A DNA stretch of 64,000 nucleotides from assembly GCA_030141605.1 (NCBI GenBank), contig JAQGDQ010000036.1:682001-746000 (forward strand), given 5' to 3'. Under the pieces are notes generated by a model. That model was given only the letters and a program-made list of their open reading frames with translations. It had not been told where the DNA came from and did no database searches. Source of the DNA: Tubiluchus corallicola (Eukaryota > Animalia > Priapulida). Of this stretch, positions 54,501 through 64,000 are shown in pieces. Position numbers and translations under genes: made by a program. The stretch's first letter is position 1. The number at the start of each line of letters is the position of its first letter.

Positions 54501-57500
54501 TAAATTTATGATGCAATAAATGTCGTAAGGGAAAAATCGTCAGATTATATACTCACAAATGTGTTTTAGGTTCTGTTTATTAAATGTTTGTCAGGCCAGT
54601 TACTCAATCTTGGCATTCACGAATTACGAGAAAGATTTTTATTTTGTCTACCAAAATAGATAGAGTAAATGTTATGCAATGTATATATAGATACTTGTAG
54701 ATACTGAAGAAAGTAAATGGTAGGTAGATGCTGCAAAGTAGATGTAGATAAAAGGTAGATGAGGAAAAAAGTCGATGTTTTTCACATGCTGGCACTTAGC
54801 TAGTTGTTCGTCCATGCAGTCCTGCTTTTTCCTGCAAACACATATAAATTTATATCATTATTTCTTCTGTCTAGTTCATGTGGCATTCCAGAAAGTGGTT
54901 AAGTATGTTGAGATGAATAAAAAGGGTTTTTAGAGAAGTTTTTAAACTAAACTTTTATTCATAATTGGAGTCTCATGTAGAGTTTAAACATAGCTGAAAC
55001 TTTCTTGGATTTATTAGTGGAATTCAGGTATCGATCACATTCTGATTCACTAAAATGTTGAGTTCCAGCTCAGTTGTTAATAAATCTACAAGGCCCTTTT
55101 CGATTTAGGTGATCTGAAAGGAATTCTCTTGTCAAAAATGCTAACTGGTATTTTCTGTATTTCTGTTATTTTTGCTGTCACCAGTGCTAACAATCAATGA
55201 AGTAGTCATGCTTGCATTTGATTTTGGGAAATTTCACCTAAATATTACCTTTCAGATCAGTTATCAGTTGTGTATTGGCTCAGTTATTTTGAGTTCGCAA
55301 ATATGCTGAATTCACAAAGAGTAGTTCTTTGAGGCTGTGAATCTGCAAACCCTAACGATAATGTAGTCTACAATTCTGCAGGGTTCAGCAACAAGTAAAC
55401 AATTTCTAAGACTGAGACTCCTATTTAATTCGATTAGATCGTTTGTGTCTGTGAGGGTTTGTTCTGGCTACTGAGTAATGAGTTATGCATGTTTTTGGCT
55501 ACACATCAGAAAATAAGCTTTCTGGAAAACTTAATTACTGCAGGTTTAAGCTGGATCTTTAAAAAAATAGTTAAGAATTAGACTGGGCCAGCAATTCTGA
55601 TTTTATGGTACAGCTGTGTTACTTTGATATTTAAGTTAAATTAAGTGTCTGCTACATTTTTTTAACAAGTAAAAATATTATTTTTAATGCAATAACTACT
55701 GCAGTCTCATTTTCCAGACATCTTTATTATCATCCTACAAGTGTTTCACCCTGCTAATGGCTTTATCAAGGACTATAAAACAAATCAAAAATGATCATTT
55801 GCCAAAACACAGTTATACCTAAGTTACACAGGCTATGGATTGAGTATCAGTTATAAACATTTCAAAAAAAACTTACCAGAATTCTACATTTTGCAAAAAT
55901 TTTCATTGAATATTTTCACAGAATTAAGTAAAACTTCACACTGCCATAGCAAACCATAACTTACTAATTAGAAGGTAGGAGGTAGATCGTAACCTACCTT
56001 ACCAACACATTAAATGTTTATGCCCAAGTACTGGACAGAAGGAACCGTCTAGAGCCAAGACTAAACCCTTCAAAAGGCGATGGTGGGTAAACTTGTCCCT
56101 AGAGTTTAAAGCAGATGAATTCTTCTCTTATTATTATATAGCTTCCAGCACTCAAAAAAAGTCTTGACTTTAACAAGAATAGATAGGTCAAACTTGGTAT
56201 TGCAATTTGTTTATGCACACTTGTGACCCCAACATAGCAGACAGAACAAACCTGACACACAGACTTATAAACAATGCTACAGTTCATATAGCAATCAATC
56301 AGTGACTTCAACCCAAAAATGCTGGTTTTGTAAGAACAACACTAAAAGCTACACGTATATCAGGAACAAGTTATCTTGTCTTCCAGCTGAACTGATCTGT
56401 AAGATCTCCACGATACGGCAGCTTCAATCATTTTTGTATTTGTTCCTTTTGTTCCTGCTCCAATTCTTCATGCTTTCTCTGGCATGCCTTGATTTCTAGT
56501 GATTTTTTGCAAAGTCTTGCTGTTGACTGCATCGATGTAGCCGGAGGGATACTAGCTATTTCTCCACATGTTTTTGTTGATTCCAAATCAGCCATGAATG
56601 TCTTGTGATCCGATGCAATGGCTTATAACCTGAAAACTGTGCCTATGATAATCGAAAGTTTGTATTGTGCAGGAGCTGTAGCATGGAAATTAAGACTGAG
56701 GCAGTTATCTGTACTCTTGTGGTGCCAACTATTACTGACAGACTTGTCGCTCTAATGTAAAGCCCTTAGTGGAACACGTGAAGGATAGTAATAAAGATAC
56801 TATTTTTTCATTAATTTATAAAAATACTCTTTAAAATCACAAAATTTACAGTTTTAATAATGTTTGCTTTTATAAAACTGAATTAGTGAAAATGTACTTC
56901 TTGATAATATTTACTATTTTTCATAATTTCAGTAGTGCTAAAATTTTAGCTACAATTTTTTTAGTATGCCTATTTCTGATTTTCATGATTTTTGTCAATG
57001 ATATTTTCCATAAATTGGTATCAATGCTAGAAACAGTACTAATTGCAACTTTTGTTATCTGTTTCTCACCAGCAGCTATAAGCAAATCTGTGTTAGTCAG
57101 AAAGCGGTCTGTGAATACTTTCGTCCATTTACTAAAGTATTTGGAAATCATAACTTTGTTACAGTTGGAATTTGGTTAAGAGTTTGTTGACTCTAACTAG
57201 GTTTCCTAGCTTTGACACGGCCTTCATTTGGCCTCCAGACTACAGCAATTTCAGTACTGGCATCAGTAGTCAGTTTTCTAGACTTTAGATTTGCTTTCTT
57301 TTCCCACAAACACTTATTTATATTCATGATAATTTTTAGCATGATGCAGCAAGACAGATAATATTATTTATAATGATGCTAATTCTGTTTGCCTAATTAT
57401 AAGTACACGTAATGTGTAATCGCTAACTAGAAGTCAAGACATTGTATGTAAATGTATAGAAAATAGATATATTACAATTAATACATATTTTGTTATTTGT

Positions 57501-60500
57501 TGCACAGATTTAATTTTACATTAAATTGCTTTATTGTTAGTATTATTTTATACGTATTGGTTGAAAGTGAAATGTGCAGTTTGTTGAAATCTTCTGATTT
57601 GTTAAAGGTATTTGCGTCACTTTACAATATCCGAAGTCTGGCTGTAGTCTGTAGAACGGAGCAGATTAACTGAGAATGAGTTGACTCTTTATGTGTTTTC
57701 ACCATATTTTATTGTTGTAGTGTGCAATAAAACTTCCAAACGGGCCCAAGTATGTTTTATATGCTTGTCTCATTTTCTGTTAAAGTCTTAAGAGGATATT
57801 TTATCTGTAAAACCAATGAAACAGCAATAGGTGACTCATGTTACTAGCATTTTAAAGGCATCTCTTGAAAAAAATAAACGTTACACACTTTGTCCTACAA
57901 TTAATGGTTTGCCTGTTATTTTTTCATTCTAAATTGTCACCCAGTTTGGAAGCAAACCATAGTTTACTACCACAGTTTTCATGATTTCCAAATTAATGCT
58001 GATTCGCTTTCGTAATCGGTCTTTTACATTCACACACCAAGTTTCACTTTATATTTTACGTAATATTGGCAACTTTGTGGACTAAATAAGTGTTCGATAA
58101 GTGACTGAGATACATGTAATACGCTAACATTAAAACAATTCCTCACAAGACTGTAGACATGGAAATGAACACAAAGTTAAAATTGTACAAGTCTTAAGTA
58201 AATTGTGCAGTTTTGCTAGGTAGGTGTTCTCGAAAGAATTGCGCTGGAAATTTCACAAAGTTATCCAAATGTTTCAAAATCTACAAGCTGTCTTAAGCAT
58301 TGCAAACCTATTGTTACGTATTTCATTTTTATGCTGTTGTACAAAAAAATTTGTTATTGCATGAAGCTCAAAACATTTCTGAAGCAACAATGGTGAAAGT
58401 ATGCAAAAACTTGCAAATGAATTGAGAGTTACCTATCATTTAGATTTAAAGATATAGTTTATTGTACTTTTTTGCAAGGGTTGTACTGCTTTGTAGTTTA
58501 GGTGACACTAACTGCAGGAACCATTGCCCAGTAGAAGTTTCTGTACTTTATGAGAACTTTTCTTCTTTGATTTAACTTCATTTGTCTTGGGCTAAACTTT
58601 TCTTCAAACAACTCCTTACTTAAGTGTACTTGCAAAGTTTTGTAAAAGATACATTTTTCTTAAAAGAAATTGTAACTGAATCTGATCCACGAACACTTCT
58701 TAGTAATGAAAATTTGTAGACATTTGATGCAAAATCTTAAACGAGATCTTAACGTTTTTGATTAAGGCCCAGACAAAAATTCTCCCTACTGTGAGGTACT
58801 AATGGTTCAGACTTGAGACGAGAGAAGAAATTTTCTGAAAACTGCGACTAATTATTTATTATATGATTGGATATTAAATAAATGTAATTCCTTGCTTAAT
58901 TTTTCCACCAAAAATTTCAAATCAAATTATACCTAATAATTGTCAGGCAGTAATTCAGTCAGTCAAATAAAGAAAAAAATTTCAGAAACCACTGAATTAT
59001 GCTTAGTTCCCCCTTCCCTGTCAAGTGTTCTTTTTTTTGTTATAATGTTTCTCTTGAGACGAATCTCCATTTTCTTCTATAATGCCATAAAATTATACAG
59101 TGTAATTACCTGGTACACTACAGCTTACATCAGTTTTACATTCTTATATAGGGAAAATTTAGCCAGTGATTCTTACCTGCTTAGTCAAATGGACTCAGAC
59201 CAGTATGTGCCCATATGGACCATAGCAAATTTTAATCAAGTGAAAAAGCTCACATCGGATATCTCCTTAATTGTAGATGTTTTGCGGCGTAAGTCATATA
59301 GAATTTATGAACAAATTGTTAAAAATTTGCGGGAAAAAAGTTGCTAATGCATGAGTTCAAACATGTACATTTTTAGTAAAACAACTATTTTTGTCAATTT
59401 TCTTTTGGTTAAATGACTTGTAACATTATAACCATTTATAATGCTTCTGTATATATTACAACGTTTGTTGGTAAAATGTGATGCAAAATCAACTATTTTG
59501 TGGTATGACATGTACTTTTATTTTCAACAATTTTCTGATGAAATGGTGGTGCCTCAGTATATCACCTATTTTTTGTTGGAAATGTGCTCAAATTAACAAA
59601 TATAATATGGCCTAAACTGGACTGGAAAATTGCTACTATATTCTTGTATTTGTTTGTTCAAACAATCAGTTAAATATCAATACTCAATACTAAGAAGGTT
59701 TTTTCAACTTGTAAAGGTTTTTACTATGCTAAGGAATTTTGTTCTATTTACAGAATCTCCTTTTGTGAAGGTGGATGAAAAAGGAGAGAAAGTCAAACCA
59801 AACCATAAACGATGTGTTGTGATCCTAAGAGAAATACCTGATGAAACAACTGTAGATGTATGTGTATAAGCAAACTATAGATACCCCACTTTGTTTGTAA
59901 CTTTAAATTTCACCATCGTGTCTGCTGTCTAGCTACACATACTATTTTTAGCATCCCCATCGGTCGTCAATTCACCATTATCAGTCCTTATCGTCACTCT
60001 TCATTCTCATATGACTAACTGTCCTCACTCTTCAGCCTCATGTGACTAACCTGTTAAGTAGTGTTTGCATCCATATTCTGTACGGAAGTAATTATCTGCA
60101 CAGTTTATTACACGACGCTGATAATTCTACTGGGATAGCAAATTATTACGCATTATTATTTAAACTACTGTATTTTAGTTGTACAACTAGGGCATTGGCA
60201 CTGGCAACAAATTAAGTGTTTATCAATAGCAAGTGCATGGCAGATCAAATTAATTCATTTTGCCAAAAGGGCAAGTAGCACAAATAAAGAAAAACAAACC
60301 ACAATTTTTTTTACTGTAGAGTTTAGCCATCCAAACAAGTCACCAGCACAGGTGTCGATAAAGGGATTGTTAAATTTAACTGAACACAAGGAAAGGATGT
60401 AGATTTCATCTTTGGTGTGTAGGTCTCACTGCTCTGTGCACTGACTCTCATTGAGAAGGCATAGAAACTGAGAAGTCTAGCAAATAATGTGCCAAACAAA

Positions 60501-63500
60501 CACCTGAGTAACTGTGAAAGGCAGTGAAACTTCATATTTTATAAGGTGTAATAACTGAAATTGGCTGTTTTTGACTTGTTTATTGCCTACTCCAAAACTG
60601 ACCTGTACCAGTTGTTATTTTTATTTGCAGCTAGAAAATTTGTTAATCTTTTTACAGTTCCTCCCAGCCAGGTTGAACTTTACACAAGTTCAAGTTCACA
60701 ATTGGGGTTTTGATAAAGTTCCAATTTGGTATCTAAATGGTGCCACTAATGAATTTAGTGTGTAGGTCCTACACATGTAGTTACATTTGATTATGCATCA
60801 CTTGGTGCTCACTTCGCCAGTGATGCATTTCTCCAGGAGTGTGTTTCGTCACTTGTACATTTTGCCAGTTAAAATTCTTGGCGGTATTCATTATCATTTG
60901 CTTTTCTGTTTAACAAATGTTTCAGTTCGCCAGTGTACATTTCGTTAATAAAACTGTTGCAGTATGGTATTTTTACCTTTGTATGTTTGCTGTTATTTTG
61001 CATTTTATTTTTTATTTATTTGCTTTTTTGTTTCTACCTAGATTGCTATAATTATGTATAGATATTGTGTTCCAACATGGTCATTTTTGAAGCGGCACAA
61101 TCAGTAGACTTACCAAGTACTGATAAAGTGGCAGTTTGCTGATTACGAAACACAAAGTTTGTAGAAAACTGACAAGTAATGGGAAATACAATTCCAGTCA
61201 GTAGCACACATTTTTGTAAAACTGTTGCACTGCAGATGGGACTTCTATGTAAAAGTAGACATGTACTTTTTACTTAACAGTTCGTAATTAATTAATAACT
61301 AATTAATGTGCATGGGTATAGACGTAATACTTGCAAAATGTATTACTGGGGAACTGCACCACTAGCAAAATGCGGTCCTGGCAAATTGTATCACTGGTGA
61401 AATGTACCACTGGCGAAATGGTTAGACACCTAGTTATTTATCTAAGGGTCTGAAATTTGCATTATGATTTTTTTTCATTTCAGTACCTTATATGACCCTA
61501 CCTGACAATACCTGACAATATCGAATATAGGCAATATACTGGCAAATTTATTGCCATAATTTCTCGCAATTCAAGTAACAGAAATTATTTGTTTTTTCCA
61601 TTTTTTTCTCATTTCTAGTTTGCTAAGTAGACTAGCAATGTTAGTGGGCTAGGACTAAGTGGCTTTTTCAGCAAACTGGTTCACATTCAAATTCAAGTCA
61701 CCTTTTTCATTATTGTCAAATTTCTGAGTTCACAAGAAAGTGAATAAGTTTATCCCAGCACTGCTTCTTCACTGCTGCTGGATCTTAACAGTCGGTACCT
61801 TTATACCTCCCAGTCAATATAAGGAAGCAGGAACCCGAGCCTGATTTTTGCTACTCATATAAATACTATTATTTAATGTGTCTAGCTTCTAACATTTGTC
61901 TTCTTTTGCAGGAGGTCAAAAACCTTTTTGACAGTGAAAAATGTCCAAAAGTTGCCCATTGTGAGTTTGCACATAACAACAGTTGGTATGTTACATTTGA
62001 CAGTGACGAAGATGCACAGAAGGCCTATTGCTACCTGCGCGAAGAAGTAAAGACATTTGCGGGCAAACCAATATTGGTACCATGAAAGTTAATTTTATAT
62101 AAGTTCAGCATGACATAATACAAGACATAGGCTTTTTTTCAAGTTCACTATAAAAGAATTTAATTTAGAGTAGACATGTAAGTATTAATTACTTCAAGTG
62201 ACTAAAATTGATTTGTTTTCTATTTTTACTTTTACTACTGTTATTATTATTATTATTATTATGAGATTTATTTATTAAGAAATTTTTAACTGCACAAATT
62301 GTCAAAAGTTCTATGAAATAAATGCACAATTTGAAAATCCATGCACGCACACACACCGTTGTTGTACTGACTGCGTAGTTCTGTGCTGTGTATACATTAT
62401 GCATATCGAATACTATTGCAGAAGATGCAAAGGTATGAACTGAGTGTGAAAATTATTTTAACCATCCACAACCAAGTAGCTAAATTTTATCAAAGCAGTT
62501 CTTAGTAGTATGTTAAATTTAACACGTCACTCAATTAGTAGCCTATGCACATGACGAAAAATGGGTGTAATATAAATGAAAATGAGACTTGGAAGCATTT
62601 CTGGACATGCAAACGGAAAATCTGGAAAATCCGTTTTTAGAGAATCTCTTCTGTACTTAAGGCGCTTCATGGCAAGGCATCTGATTCCATTTGTGACATA
62701 ATTCATCCAACAAATTCAAACCGGCATAGTCTTAGGTCAAATGACAGCCTTTTGCTTACGGTTCCTAGAGTACTCTGTTCCACTATGGGTGATAGGTAAT
62801 TTGCTGTTGCAGGACCATCTCTATTAAATAGCCTGCCTATTCACATCAGGTCACTCTCGAACACTAACACTTTTAAAATACAGATTATAACATACTTATT
62901 TAAAATAGCATACAATCTTTAAAGTAGTCAAATCTTGATTTGTCTTTATATGTTTGTATTTTGTGAATCTGTGTGTTCCTTATGTATTTAGTTATTGTAA
63001 TTTTATGAAATTTAGTATGATTACTGTTTAATCTTGTAAACCTTTTATAAATCTGTCATGATGATTTTAGATACCTTTGTGAAGTGTCTTTGAATGATGT
63101 CAGTTGAGCTGTCTGTAGTTTTAGACACTATACAAAATAATAATTATTATTTTTTGTTTTTGTGGCAAAAAAACTTCTATTCTGTGCATTTAATGTTCAG
63201 CCTTTGTTGTGTTTTATCTTTTAGGCACGAATAAAGGCCAAGCCATTAGCAAGGTCAGTAATTGTACCAAAAAATGGATACAAATTGATGTCTCCATTGG
63301 GCAGTAGTGTGTATCAGCCAACGACTGTTACGGTCACACAGTCACAGACGAGCAGCCCGAGTGGTCAGCAGTCCCCACATAGTCAAACACAAATATTCGC
63401 CCAATCAACTTCTACTTCTTATGCCAGTGGACAAGTTCCTATGGATGGGTATTCAGGACAGGTGAATGAATCAGATTTTGCGTTTAACAGATTGTGATTT

Positions 63501-63848
63501 CATTCTTTCATTAACTTTTGTCCTAAATTTCTGAGGCTAATTCTATTTCTTTTTCTGATATTAAAATAGAGTAGAATAAAATTTTATTCTGGTATATATT
63601 TACCAATGAAAATCCTGTACATTGCAGTATAAGAGTCTATGAGTTAATTTCTTCATCTTAACTGGCACCATGTACGCATACCTACTACCATGTATATAGT
63701 AAGTATATGTGGCACTTGTTTTTTCTATTTTCAGCCAAACTTTAAATTTAAATATTTTATGACATTTCAGCAACAGTTTCCGTTTTACCCACCAAACATG
63801 CTTCCAACTGCATGGCAGACTAGTCCACCGTTATTTGATCCTGGAATG
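22308..63848 (+). CDS. LARP4: Spliced gene (3'-partial): La-related protein 4/4B (PAM2, La motif, RRM)
   Basis: Exons 22308-22361, 48743-48866, 50066-50260, 53880-53961, 59152-59288, 59754-59857, 61912-62076, 63225-63461 and 63771-63848 join in frame. MTSDQ start as in human LARP4B; [13 protein letters not shown]2; [11 protein letters not shown] La motif; [11 protein letters not shown]...WYVTF RRM. Confidence 0.95.
26005..26180 (+). repeat. Interspersed repeat with tRNA-like B-box remnant; inverted copy at about 42230-42360
   Basis: gcagaaggtccctgattcaaat...ttcaactttttcgc matches the reverse complement of gcgaaaaagttgaa...atttgaaccaagatcttctgc. Confidence 0.5.
27352..27435 (+). CDS. LARP4: Candidate alternative first coding exon of LARP4 ([28 protein letters not shown])
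   Basis: ATG, 28 open codons, aag|gtaaat phase-0 donor compatible with the 48743 exon; locally GC-richer. Confidence 0.6.
27578..28700. mobile_element. Old foldback/MITE-like element with arrays of subterminal repeats
   Basis: The left arm has many (T)TGGACAC units (27585-27720) and the right arm many inverted GTGTCCAA units (28518-28680). Ends approximate. Confidence 0.65.
29169..29669. mobile_element. hAT (Charlie-like) MITE, 501 bp
   Basis: Perfect 16-bp TIR CAGGGGTGTGCAAATT/AATTTGCACACCCCTG and perfect 8-bp TSD GTCTATAT (29161-29168, 29670-29677); GGCCC/GGGCC subterminal repeats. Confidence 0.95.
29870..30365 (+). mobile_element. Deleted hAT (Tip100-like) element retaining the transposase C-terminal dimerisation remnant
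   Basis: 8-bp TSD TCTACAGG (29862-29869, 30366-30373); imperfect TIR CAGCGGCGGAT/ATCCGCTACAG; 29992-30102 reads [32 protein letters not shown]. Confidence 0.88.
32135..33065 (+). repeat. Interspersed repeat; shorter related copy at about 44435-44765
   Basis: Shared blocks aaagtatg..ccaaaa...attacgctta.ctgtttgaaagactt and ttagcgaagagtgtg...ttttttcaaa...accgt.aaaat...catcgc.ggagt occur in both places. Confidence 0.7.
34228..34285 (+). pseudogene. Degenerate tRNA-Gly(TCC)-like sequence or SINE head
   Basis: cagaggtagc (A-box-like), gctttccatgc (anticodon arm), ggttcacttcct (decayed B-box); no intact acceptor stem. Confidence 0.4.
34323..34400. mobile_element. 78-bp miniature palindromic element flanked by an 8-bp direct repeat
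   Basis: ATCGAAGT at 34315-34322 and 34401-34408; internal atggcacaggaaaaa/tttttcctgtgccat inverted repeat; similar right arm at about 20040-20122. Confidence 0.6.
36437..36450. promoter_or_regulatory. RFX X-box GTTGCCATGGAAAC
   Basis: One mismatch from the GTTGCCATGGCAAC palindrome; followed by a strong donor tag|gtaaga at 36625. Confidence 0.6.
40115..40225 (+). CDS. LARP4: Candidate alternative N-terminal exon of LARP4 ([37 protein letters not shown]); frame open from 39881
   Basis: GC-rich coding-like island ending in aag|gtatgt, a phase-0 donor. Confidence 0.7.
41534..41620 (+). CDS. Weak candidate alternative first exon of LARP4 ([29 protein letters not shown])
   Basis: ATG, 29 codons, aag|gtaaat phase-0 donor; two CRE-like sites (TGACGTAA, TGACGCA) about 100 bp upstream. 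Confidence 0.3.
46923..46951. promoter_or_regulatory. Tandem RFX X-boxes ATTGCCATGGTAAC and GTTTCCTAGGTAAT
   Basis: Two adjacent near-consensus X-boxes 1 bp apart; YY1-like AAAATGGCG at 47091. Confidence 0.6.
48743..48866 (+). CDS. LARP4: LARP4 PAM2 exon ([20 protein letters not shown]...APYD)
   Basis: tag acceptor, gtaaga donor; aligns with human VASKGTGLNPNAKVWQ. Confidence 0.92.
49628..49752 (+). mobile_element. One end of a hAT-like element (TAGGCCTGG terminus, TTCGAA-rich subterminal array)
   Basis: Dense ttcgaa/tcgaat repeats after taggcctgg; the partner end was not found. Confidence 0.5.
50066..50260 (+). CDS. LARP4: LARP4 exon ([11 protein letters not shown]...TATAPT), Pro/Thr/Ser-rich linker
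   Basis: tag acceptor, gtagga donor, phase 1 to 1, open frame. Confidence 0.85.
51690..51960 (+). mobile_element. CR1-type LINE ORF2 3' fragment
   Basis: From 51721: [10 protein letters not shown]...[10 protein letters not shown], then frameshifted RVVNEWNNL. Confidence 0.88.
53880..53961 (+). CDS. LARP4: LARP4 exon, start of La motif ([20 protein letters not shown])
   Basis: cag acceptor, gtatgt donor, QLEYYFS signature. Confidence 0.95.
55732..55773 (-). ncRNA. Minimal type I hammerhead ribozyme (U3-A8 core variant), Penelope-associated
   Basis: Minus strand reads gtcc TTGATAA a gcc attagcag ggt GAAAC actt GTA ggat: stem I gtcc/ggat, stem II gcc/ggt, short stem III, GUA cleavage triplet. 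Confidence 0.55.
55732..56320 (-). mobile_element. Penelope-like retroelement 3' remnant (GIY-YIG endonuclease)
   Basis: ORF 56099-56311 contains [19 protein letters not shown] (VY..C..C...YVG.T); hammerhead-like motif downstream on the same strand. Confidence 0.7.
59152..59288 (+). CDS. LARP4: LARP4 La-motif exon ([34 protein letters not shown]...VLR)
   Basis: tag acceptor, gtaagt donor, LARP4 La-motif sequence. Confidence 0.96.
59754..59857 (+). CDS. LARP4: LARP4 La/RRM junction exon ([34 protein letters not shown])
   Basis: cag acceptor, gtatgt donor, phase 1 to 0. Confidence 0.96.
60804..61430. mobile_element. MITE-like element with long imperfect TIRs made of TTCGCCAGT repeats
   Basis: Left ggtgctcacttcgccagtg...; right ...cactggcgaaatggttagacacc; repeated units inverted between the arms. 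Confidence 0.7.
61912..62076 (+). CDS. LARP4: LARP4 RRM exon (EVKNLF...[13 protein letters not shown]...[12 protein letters not shown])
   Basis: cag acceptor, gtacca donor, 55 codons. Confidence 0.95.
62750..63150 (+). mobile_element. L2-type LINE 3' fragment
   Basis: VPRV...GDR*FAVAGP.LLNSLP.HIR.....TFK..I.TYLF, then a T-rich 3' UTR and an (AAT)-type tail near 63136-63150. Confidence 0.8.
63225..63461 (+). CDS. LARP4: LARP4 exon (ARIKAKP...PKNGY...YSGQ)
   Basis: tag acceptor, gtgaat donor; ARIKAK ends the RRM; PKNGY motif. Confidence 0.93.
63771..63848 (+). CDS. LARP4: LARP4 exon ([26 protein letters not shown])
   Basis: cag acceptor (in-frame alternatives ending at 63734 and 63776), gtaagt donor, phase 0. 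Confidence 0.85.
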
Positions 63849-64000
63849 GTAAGTGTGCAGAAACCATACACTAACAATATAACTGTGCAATAGCTTTTTG
63901 CAGTTACTTGTGCAAATGTAAGGTCTTAAAAACAGAAATTTTAATAGGCTTAGCAGGCTTAAATTCATGTACACTTCTGTTTTAGCCCTTTCTATTACTG

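Overview
AT-rich animal (invertebrate-type) genomic DNA with spliceosomal introns; almost none of the listed ORFs are real genes. Two + strand spliced genes can be rebuilt by hand with GT-AG sites and consistent phases. (1) 407-9364: eight exons of a class II (plant PRS3/PRS4-like) ribose-phosphate pyrophosphokinase. Its 5' end lies upstream of the window, several conserved motifs carry substitutions, and its last intron holds a decayed, internally deleted Gypsy element. (2) From 22308 to beyond the window end: a LARP4/4B gene (MTSDQ start, PAM2, La motif, RRM). Its 26-kb first coding intron contains several candidate alternative phase-0 first exons, one with an N-myristoylation-type start (MGTIWCK), plus RFX X-box, CRE and YY1 motif clusters. 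Introns also carry two hAT elements with perfect 8-bp TSDs, other MITE-like repeats, CR1 and L2 LINE 3' fragments, a Penelope GIY-YIG remnant next to a minimal type I hammerhead ribozyme with a U3-A8 core, and microsatellites. All family assignments come from motif recognition, not database searches.
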